From assembly GCA_017428545.1 (NCBI GenBank), contig JAFRQR010000003.1:17311-49310 (forward strand): a stretch of 32,000 nucleotides of DNA. Direction: 5' to 3'. Positions 25,924 to 32,000 of this stretch are shown here, piece by piece (positions within the stretch are counted from its first letter, which is position 1; every line of letters begins with the position of its first letter). Source of the DNA: Clostridiales bacterium. Its GTDB lineage: Bacteria; Bacillota; Clostridia; Saccharofermentanales; Saccharofermentanaceae. The notes below the pieces were generated by a model. It was given only the letters and a program-made list of their open reading frames with translations, searched no databases and was not told the DNA's origin. The translations under genes and the position numbers were made by a program.

Positions 25924-26579
25924 TGCCTCGCAGATTCAAGAAAACAAAACCGCTCGTATACGTGTTTTATGAGGGAGAAAGCGAACAGAAATATATCGAC
26001 TTTCTGAAGAAAACATTTTCAGACGTTGCGGTAATAAAAAGGCCGGCATCTACCGGACTGTTTGAAGCGGCTGAAAGCAAATTCAAAAGTGACCCTCAAT
26101 ACAAAAACTATGCTGAGATAACAGACGAGATATGGTTTTTCTTTGACGTGGAAACTGAAGATATCCCCAAATGGGAAGACAGATTATCTGCGATAAAAAG
26201 ATTGAGAAAGCTGAGAAAAGATCCTCAGATAAAGGTTCGTCTTTTGATGACAACCGGGTGCGTTGAGTATTGGCTGATGCTTCATTATGAGTATTGTGCG
26301 CCTCGGCTGAACACCGTTGCCGAGAAGGATCGGATGGAAAACAGATTGAAGACAAAAGAGCCTTCTTACCAAAAAGGTGACAAAGATTCGATCTTTAAAA
26401 TCGCGGGAAAATATGAAACCGCGATCAAAAACGGGGCCAAGTCATTGTCAAGACTCATTCAGGACGGGTTGCCATCAATTGAGGAAACCGACGAAAGAAA
26501 TCAATGGCTTGTAAAGAACTGCTTGACCTTTACAACCGTCCAACAGGCAATTGATTTTTTGGTGAGTTTGGGAGAATAA
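25923..26579 (+). CDS. RloB-like (Toprim-related) protein
   Basis: VYVFYEGESEQKYIDFL matches the RloB N-terminal motif (..EGe.tE..Yf), followed by an acidic FFFDVETED block. The TAATG 1-nt overlap with the ATPase gene indicates translational coupling. Confidence 0.75.
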   Translation: MPRRFKKTKPLVYVFYEGESEQKYIDFLKKTFSDVAVIKRPASTGLFEAAESKFKSDPQYKNYAEITDEIWFFFDVETEDIPKWEDRLSAIKRLRKLRKDPQIKVRLLMTTGCVEYWLMLHYEYCAPRLNTVAEKDRMENRLKTKEPSYQKGDKDSIFKIAGKYETAIKNGAKSLSRLIQDGLPSIEETDERNQWLVKNCLTFTTVQQAIDFLVSLGE

Positions 26580-26631
26580 CCATCCAAGGACACTTTCATA
26601 ATGTTTTCAACTGCAAACACATAATTCAAAC

Positions 26632-26664
26632 AAATCGCCGTCTGCCCGGACGGCGATTTTTTCT
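26632..26664 (+). terminator. Rho-independent terminator of the ATPase/RloB cassette
   Basis: An 11-bp perfect stem AAATCGCCGTC (26632-26642) / GACGGCGATTT (26649-26659) with loop TGCCCG, running into a T-tract. Confidence 0.75.
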
Positions 26665-26681
26665 GAAAGGAGAACTACTTG

Positions 26682-27032
26682 ATGGAGATTAAGGTTAACA
26701 AAGAAATCCGCAATTATACGGAATCAATGTTTTTCGGGCTGTCGATGAGACAGTTCTTTTTTGCGCTGATTGGTGTAGGAGCAGCAATCCTAATGTACTT
26801 TCTGCTTCGCACTCATCTCGGAACCGAAACGCTGTCGTGGGTATGTATGCTCGGAGCGGCTCCGTTCGTTGCAATGGGTTTTATCACATATAACGGGATG
26901 ACAGCGGAACAGTTCGCGTGGACGTGGATCAAAAGCAAGTTCATCGAGCCGAAAAAGGTGAAGTTTGAGTGCGATACCTTCTACCACGAAACGGTTCAGA
27001 GATCTGCGAGAAAGGAGAATAAAAGACTATGA
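26682..27032 (+). CDS. PrgI-family / VirB3-like T4SS membrane protein
   Basis: IKVNKEIRNYTESMFFGLSMRQFFFALIGVGAAILMYF is the typical PrgI pattern. ATG at 26682 follows AAAGGAGA. An ATGA overlap links it to the VirB4 gene. Confidence 0.8.
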   Translation: MEIKVNKEIRNYTESMFFGLSMRQFFFALIGVGAAILMYFLLRTHLGTETLSWVCMLGAAPFVAMGFITYNGMTAEQFAWTWIKSKFIEPKKVKFECDTFYHETVQRSARKENKRL

Positions 27033-29374
27033 TGAAATCGCTCAAAAGTATGCTTATGTCAGATAAGGAAGCGTACAAAGTCCCGAGATCCGTTCACGAC
27101 TATATACCCATAACCGGGATCTTCGATGATGGCATCTTCAAAGTCGGCAACCGCTATACAAAGACGTTCAAGTTTGAAGATATCAATTATCTCGTGGCGA
27201 GTCGAGAAGACAAGGAAACGATGTTCCTCGCCTACTCGGAATTGCTCAACAGTCTTGACAGCGGGGCTACGACAAAGATTACGATCAACAACAGAAAACT
27301 CAATCGGAACGACTTTGAGAAAAACATCCTTATGCCTGAACTCGGAGACTCGCTGGACGTCTATCGAAAAGAGTATAACGATATGCTCCGGGACAAATCC
27401 TCGGAAGCAAACGGGATCGTTCAGGAAAAATATATCACTGTATCCGTTGCCAAAAAAGACGTTGAGGACGCGAGAACCTACTTTTCGCGGATAGGATCCG
27501 ATCTGAACACTCACTTAACCGCGCTCGGATCAAAATGCGCGGAACTTGACGCTACTGAAAGGCTGAGGATACTCCACGATTTTTACCGTCCCGGGCAAGA
27601 AGTTTTCTTTCACTTCAATATGAACGAGATGGCGAGAAGCGGACACAATTTCAAGGATTATATCTGTCCAGACAGTATTGAGCGTTTCGATGATTACGTG
27701 AAACTCGGCGACAAGTTTGTCCGGGTTCTTTTTATCAAAGACCTCGCGGCGTATATAAAGGACAGTATGGTATCGGAACTTACCGAACTCAACCGTAACC
27801 TTATGCTTTCCATTGACGTTATCCCAATCCCGACCGACGAGGCGGTTCGTGAGGTGGAAAACCGTTTGCTCGGGATAGAGACGAACATTACGAACTGGCA
27901 GAGGAAACAGAATCAGAACAACAACTACTCCGCCGCGGTTCCTTATGATATGGAACTCCAAAGAAAAGAGAGCCGTGAATTCCTCGACGACCTGACCACA
28001 CGGGATCAGCGTATGATGTGCGCCACCATAACGCTTGTCCACGAGGCGGATACAAAGGAGCAGCTTGATTCCGACACTGAGGCGCTTCTTTCAACTGCAA
28101 GACGTCACCTTTGTCAGCTTGCCGTACTGAAGTTTCAGCAGATGGACGGGCTCAATACCGTTCTTCCCATAGGGTGCAGAAAGATAAACGTGTTGAGGAC
28201 GCTCACAACCGAGAGCCTTGCGGTCTTTATGCCGTTCAAAGTTCAGGAGATCGGTCACGAGCGCGGGATCTATTACGGCCAGAACGCCATAAGCAACAAC
28301 ATGATAATCGCCAACAGAAGGCATTTGCTCAACGGCAACTCGTTCATACTCGGCGTCTCGGGCTCGGGTAAATCGTTCACGGGTAAGTGCGAGATCTCCA
28401 ATCTGATGCTCGACGGCGATGCAGATATTATTATCATTGACCCGGAGCGTGAATACGCCCCGCTTGTCAAGGCGCTCGGAGGCGAGATCATCGACATTTC
28501 CGCAACGAGCAGGAACCACATCAACGCAATGGATATGAACAGAGAATACGGCGACGGAGAAGATCCCGTTATCCTCAAATCGGAGTTTATTTTGTCGCTT
28601 TGCGAACAGCTCATCGGGAGCCGGAGCCTCGGCGCAAAGGAGAAGTCGCTCATTGACCGATGCACGAAAATAGTGTATCGCAATTACAAGAAGCGAGGGT
28701 ATAAAGGGGCGGTTCCCACTCTGAAGGAGTTCCGCGCGGAGCTTCTCAAGCAGGAGGAACCCGAAGCGCAGGATATCGCGCTTGCCATTGAACTCTTCAC
28801 GGACGGTTCTCTGGACACATTCGCGAAGAAGACGAACGTAGACGTGGACAACCGTCTGATCTGTTATGATATTCTTGATCTCGGAAAGCAGCTTCTTCCT
28901 ATCGGAATGCTCGTCGTACTAGACAGTATCCTCAACCGAATAACTGAGAACAGAGCTAAAGGAAGAAACACGTTCATTTTCATTGATGAGATTTATCTGC
29001 TCTTTCAGCACGAGTATTCCGCAAACTTCCTGTTTACTCTTTGGAAACGTGTAAGGAAGTACGGCGCGTTCTGTACCGGCATCACGCAGAACGTGGACGA
29101 TCTCCTTCAGAGCCATACCGCGAGGACGATGCTCGCCAATTCCGAGTTTATCATCATGCTGAATCAGGCGACGACCGACCGGATCAAACTCGCGGAGCTG
29201 CTGAATATCTCCGACACGCAGTTGTCGTATATAACGAACGTTGAAGCAGGTCGTGGATTGATGAGGGTCGGCTCTGCTCTCGTTCCGTTCGTAAACAAGT
29301 TCCCGAAGAATACAAAGTTGTATCGCCTTATGACTACAAAGATGTCAGATTTGAAAGACAGAGGAGGTGAATAA
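27029..29374 (+). CDS. VirB4-like conjugal transfer ATPase (CD1110-like)
   Basis: 781 aa, with Walker A ILGVSGSGKSF, Walker B IIIIDPEREY and a conserved C-terminal TQNVDDLL region. Confidence 0.92.
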   Translation: MMKSLKSMLMSDKEAYKVPRSVHDYIPITGIFDDGIFKVGNRYTKTFKFEDINYLVASREDKETMFLAYSELLNSLDSGATTKITINNRKLNRNDFEKNILMPELGDSLDVYRKEYNDMLRDKSSEANGIVQEKYITVSVAKKDVEDARTYFSRIGSDLNTHLTALGSKCAELDATERLRILHDFYRPGQEVFFHFNMNEMARSGHNFKDYICPDSIERFDDYVKLGDKFVRVLFIKDLAAYIKDSMVSELTELNRNLMLSIDVIPIPTDEAVREVENRLLGIETNITNWQRKQNQNNNYSAAVPYDMELQRKESREFLDDLTTRDQRMMCATITLVHEADTKEQLDSDTEALLSTARRHLCQLAVLKFQQMDGLNTVLPIGCRKINVLRTLTTESLAVFMPFKVQEIGHERGIYYGQNAISNNMIIANRRHLLNGNSFILGVSGSGKSFTGKCEISNLMLDGDADIIIIDPEREYAPLVKALGGEIIDISATSRNHINAMDMNREYGDGEDPVILKSEFILSLCEQLIGSRSLGAKEKSLIDRCTKIVYRNYKKRGYKGAVPTLKEFRAELLKQEEPEAQDIALAIELFTDGSLDTFAKKTNVDVDNRLICYDILDLGKQLLPIGMLVVLDSILNRITENRAKGRNTFIFIDEIYLLFQHEYSANFLFTLWKRVRKYGAFCTGITQNVDDLLQSHTARTMLANSEFIIMLNQATTDRIKLAELLNISDTQLSYITNVEAGRGLMRVGSALVPFVNKFPKNTKLYRLMTTKMSDLKDRGGE

Positions 29375-29376
29375 GC

Positions 29377-30117
29377 GTGGACGAATTAAGAGAGCACCCG
29401 CAGGTCGCGGAACTTATCGATACTCTCGACAAAAATGATATGCATAAAGAAAAGGCGGAAGTGGAATCTCTTGTTGACTATATCGGGGAGATGGAGAAGA
29501 CTCTTTCTGAAATGCTCAAGGAAATGCAGAATATGAGGAAGGAGATAAGTCTTATCCACAACAGCACGCTGAGATCCAAGTGTCAGAACCTTGTTCAGAA
29601 AACCGAGGGGAAGATCAAACAGATCTTCGCGGTAATCGGAAAGATCAAGGATAACTTCATTCAGGCAGTGGGAAACGCGGTAAGGACCTTCAAAGAGAAA
29701 GGTAAAGAGGCGTTCAAAAAGGCGGTCCGGGCAATGAAGGTGCCGGAAACGTTTGATAATCTTTCTGGTCTGTTCGGTAAGTTTTCGAAGGACATAGAAC
29801 AGGACGTGGCGCAGATCGATTCCATGCAAACCGAATTGACCGGCGCGAAGAACCACCTTAAAAACGTCGGTCGCCTTCTCGTCGGCAAACCCGCAAAAGA
29901 GGCGGAACAAGAGAAATCGGACAAGGGAATCCTGTCACGTCTTGGCAAAGTTTTCGGAAAGATCGGGCGCGGCTTTGAAACTCTTTCTCAAAAAGCAATG
30001 GATAAGGCGGACAAGATCCGAGCCGCGGACGTCAAAGAATCGGTCAGAAATGAACTCGACGCACTCAAAGGCATTAAAGGTGCCCCCGGTAAGTCCGATC
30101 CTATCCGTGACAGGTAA
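29377..30117 (+). CDS. Hypothetical coiled-coil protein of the T4SS operon
   Basis: GTG start after GGAGGTG. K/E-rich heptad-like sequence. It is syntenic with unnamed genes between VirB4 and the cell-wall hydrolase in related elements. Confidence 0.65.
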   Translation: MDELREHPQVAELIDTLDKNDMHKEKAEVESLVDYIGEMEKTLSEMLKEMQNMRKEISLIHNSTLRSKCQNLVQKTEGKIKQIFAVIGKIKDNFIQAVGNAVRTFKEKGKEAFKKAVRAMKVPETFDNLSGLFGKFSKDIEQDVAQIDSMQTELTGAKNHLKNVGRLLVGKPAKEAEQEKSDKGILSRLGKVFGKIGRGFETLSQKAMDKADKIRAADVKESVRNELDALKGIKGAPGKSDPIRDR

Positions 30118-30132
30118 CACGGAGGATCTTCA

Positions 30133-31779
30133 ATGAAAGAAATACGGCAAAAGGGATCACAAAAGAACGCCGGGACGACAAATATGAAGTCAGACCTTGC
30201 TTCAAAAATGAGGCAAGGTCTGATCCGTTCTAAAGACACTTCGCGCGAGTTGTCATATGACGACAGATATGAATCCCCGGACGCATACGCGCAGGAGAAA
30301 GTTAAGGATATCTCTGAAAACGCGGCGGGAGATTCGATTCAAGTTGTAAAAGGTACAGCCGGGAAAACGTATGACGGCGGTAAGCGTCTTATTCAGCAGA
30401 TCAAACAGAAAAAGAGGACGGGAGAGGATATAAAGCAGACGGCGAAATCTACCGGAAAAGCGTCTTTCAAAACTGTTGATAAGAACATAAAGTGCGCCGG
30501 TCGGACGGTCGAAAAAGGAACAGGAGCGATAGAACGCTCTGCACGAGTTAAGATAAAGACTGCGGAGAAGGCTGCCGCGGGGACGGTGCAAAAAGCCAAG
30601 AAAGCGAAGAAAGCATCAAGAAACGCCGCAAAGAAGGCAAAGAAAGCAGCCGATAACGCAAGAAAAGCCGCAAAGAAAACCGCCAAAGCAGTCGTATACA
30701 CAGTCAAAGCAATTGTGAAGGGGATAAGAAAACTTGTCGTTTTAATAGCGGCAGGCGGATGGGTCGCGGTTTTGGTAATCATCATTATCGTGATGATCGC
30801 TCTCATCATCGCATCCGGGTTCGGTTTGTTTTATTCCGGAGGCGGAAACAGTTCCGGAGATATCTCAATGACCGACGCCATTTCAGAGATCGACGCCGAA
30901 TACACAGGCAAACTGGACGAGATAAAAACAAACAACGAATTCGATTTGCTTGAGATGAGCGGAAGCCGTGCGGTGTGGCGCGAAGTTTTGACCGTTTATT
31001 CCGTTAAGGTTTCCGGCGATCCGGATAATCCTCAGGAAACGGCGACAATGGATGAAGGCAAGCTTCAGGAACTGAAAGACATTTTCTGGAGTATGAACGA
31101 GATCGACTACCGAACAGAGACTAAAGAAGTAGAAGTCGTCGAGGAGACGGACGACGGAAACGGAAACATTACGGTTGAAACGACGCAAGAAACGAAAACT
31201 GTACTGTATATAACGATCTCTCACAGATCTGCCGAAGAGATGGCGTCTGAATATGGATTTACAGATCTTCAAAGGACACAGCTCAATGAGATGCTGTCTG
31301 ATGAGAACATAGGATTATGGGATCAGTTTCTTCAGGAGGTCAACGCGTCGGACGACGATATAGTATCAATCGCATATTCTCAGATCGGCAATACCGGAGG
31401 AGAAACATACTGGAGTTGGTACGGATTCCCGAGCCGAGTCGAGTGGTGCGCGTGTTTTGTGAGCTGGTGCGCTGACAGATGCGGGTATATTGACTCAGGT
31501 GTCATTCCGAAGTTTGCTGGTTGCCAGATCGCGGTGGACTGGTTTGACGATCGTGGGCAATGGCGTGACAATCGGTATGTTCCGAGGCCCGGCGATATTA
31601 TCTTTTTTGATTGGGAGTTCAACGGCACTACCGGGACAGCGGACCATGTTGGAATTGTGCAGAAGGTTGAGAATAAAACCGTGTATACAGTTGAGGGCAA
31701 CTCAAGCGATTCCGTTGTTCAAAGGGATTATCCGGTTGGGTATGGTGAGATTCTCGGTTACGGAGTACCATTGTATTGA
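30133..31779 (+). CDS. Membrane-anchored CHAP/NlpC-P60-type peptidoglycan hydrolase (VirB1 analogue)
   Basis: K/A-rich low-complexity tract, then TM helix LVVLIAAGGWVAVLVIIIIVMIALIIASGFGLF, then a C-terminal CHAP pattern YWSWYGFPSRVEWCACFVSWC ... PGDIIFFDW ... ADHVGIV ... TVEGNS. Confidence 0.85.
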   Translation: MKEIRQKGSQKNAGTTNMKSDLASKMRQGLIRSKDTSRELSYDDRYESPDAYAQEKVKDISENAAGDSIQVVKGTAGKTYDGGKRLIQQIKQKKRTGEDIKQTAKSTGKASFKTVDKNIKCAGRTVEKGTGAIERSARVKIKTAEKAAAGTVQKAKKAKKASRNAAKKAKKAADNARKAAKKTAKAVVYTVKAIVKGIRKLVVLIAAGGWVAVLVIIIIVMIALIIASGFGLFYSGGGNSSGDISMTDAISEIDAEYTGKLDEIKTNNEFDLLEMSGSRAVWREVLTVYSVKVSGDPDNPQETATMDEGKLQELKDIFWSMNEIDYRTETKEVEVVEETDDGNGNITVETTQETKTVLYITISHRSAEEMASEYGFTDLQRTQLNEMLSDENIGLWDQFLQEVNASDDDIVSIAYSQIGNTGGETYWSWYGFPSRVEWCACFVSWCADRCGYIDSGVIPKFAGCQIAVDWFDDRGQWRDNRYVPRPGDIIFFDWEFNGTTGTADHVGIVQKVENKTVYTVEGNSSDSVVQRDYPVGYGEILGYGVPLY

Positions 31780-31781
31780 AA

Positions 31782-31815
31782 AAAGGGGCTGTCGTATTAA
31801 GGAGACAGCCCCTTT
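31782..31815 (+). terminator. Hairpin terminator after the hydrolase gene
   Basis: A 12-bp stem AAAGGGGCTGTC (31782-31793) / GACAGCCCCTTT (31804-31815) with a 10-nt loop. Only a short T run follows. Confidence 0.55.
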
Positions 31816-31919
31816 AGATGAGGACCTTGACTTATTATCGTTTTCAATATCCTATTTGACCTTACAATAACTATTAATTATTGTAAAAAGAACTGACAAA
31901 GAATAAAGGGTTTTGGTGT

Positions 31920-32000
31920 ATGTTTGATTTTTTTGTTTCCCACTCTTCGATTGATAAAGATACCGTCGTAAACGATCTGGTTTCCATTCTTCAAAATATG
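31920..32000 (+). CDS. 5' end of a TIR-like domain protein (3'-partial, runs off the window)
   Basis: The ATG at 31920 (AAAGGG about 10 nt upstream) opens MFDFFVSHSSIDKDTVVNDLVSILQNM, with no stop up to nt 32000. This resembles the canonical bacterial TIR N-terminus (Y/F)D(V/F)F(I/V)SH(S/A)S.DK..(F/V)...L. Only 27 codons are visible. Confidence 0.4.
   Translation, partial: MFDFFVSHSSIDKDTVVNDLVSILQNM

Noticed and set aside
27059-28683. Several 120-170-aa ORFs on both strands inside the VirB4 region
   Set aside because: All are nested in the 781-aa VirB4 gene, which has clear Walker motifs. They are shadow or out-of-frame ORFs.
30393-30809. 138-aa minus-strand ORF rich in A/F/L, and the repetitive AAGAAAGC-type DNA at 30590-30700
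   Set aside because: The DNA repetitiveness is low-complexity coding for the K/A-rich tract (KAKKAKKASRNAAKKAKKAA...) of the CHAP hydrolase. The antisense ORF is its mirror image. It is not a tandem-repeat element or a CRISPR array.
1-32000. Search by eye for CRISPR arrays, tRNA/rRNA genes, reverse transcriptase/retron or DGR features and IS elements with terminal inverted repeats
   Set aside because: I noticed no regularly spaced repeat-spacer array, no cloverleaf-like or rRNA-like conserved strings, no RT motif (YxDD) ORF and no transposase ORF. Covariance-model and ISfinder searches would be needed to exclude them formally.

Overview
This 32-kb window reads as part of a Firmicutes/Clostridia-type conjugative element (ICE or conjugative plasmid). 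The backbone is about 50% G+C by hand counts and is interrupted by AT-richer cargo. Left end: the 3' ~5.1 kb of a giant methyltransferase + SNF2 helicase gene whose frame is open at nt 1. From 5.16 to 15.04 kb lies a mosaic accessory island with four parts. (i) A plus-strand set: AAA/DUF4143-type ATPase, AlbA_2/Schlafen-like protein and metallophosphoesterase. (ii) A dead chimeric recombinase remnant, with a tyrosine-recombinase N-terminus fused to a frameshifted large-serine-recombinase C-terminus. (iii) A strongly AT-rich three-gene minus-strand operon (457/424/541 aa; 28-32% G+C in sampled lines) with its own near-consensus promoter, RBSs, tight coupling and a likely terminator. I cannot place its proteins in a named family, but the first ends in an HDR-type PLD-like module and the third carries a PD-(D/E)xK-like motif. 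This operon is my best candidate for an undescribed conflict/defence system. (iv) A transglutaminase-core fragment. From 15.0 to 31.8 kb lies the transfer module: DUF3991/Toprim, YodL/DUF3846, DpnD/PcfM, candidate oriT, MobC, relaxase, PcfB, ArdC-like, VirD4-type coupling protein, Maff2, VirB6-like, PrgI/VirB3-like, VirB4, a coiled-coil protein and a CHAP hydrolase. This module is split by a self-contained ABC-type ATPase + RloB-like cassette (AbiL/PARIS-like architecture). The last 81 nt begin a TIR-like ORF. I saw no rRNA, tRNA or CRISPR array.
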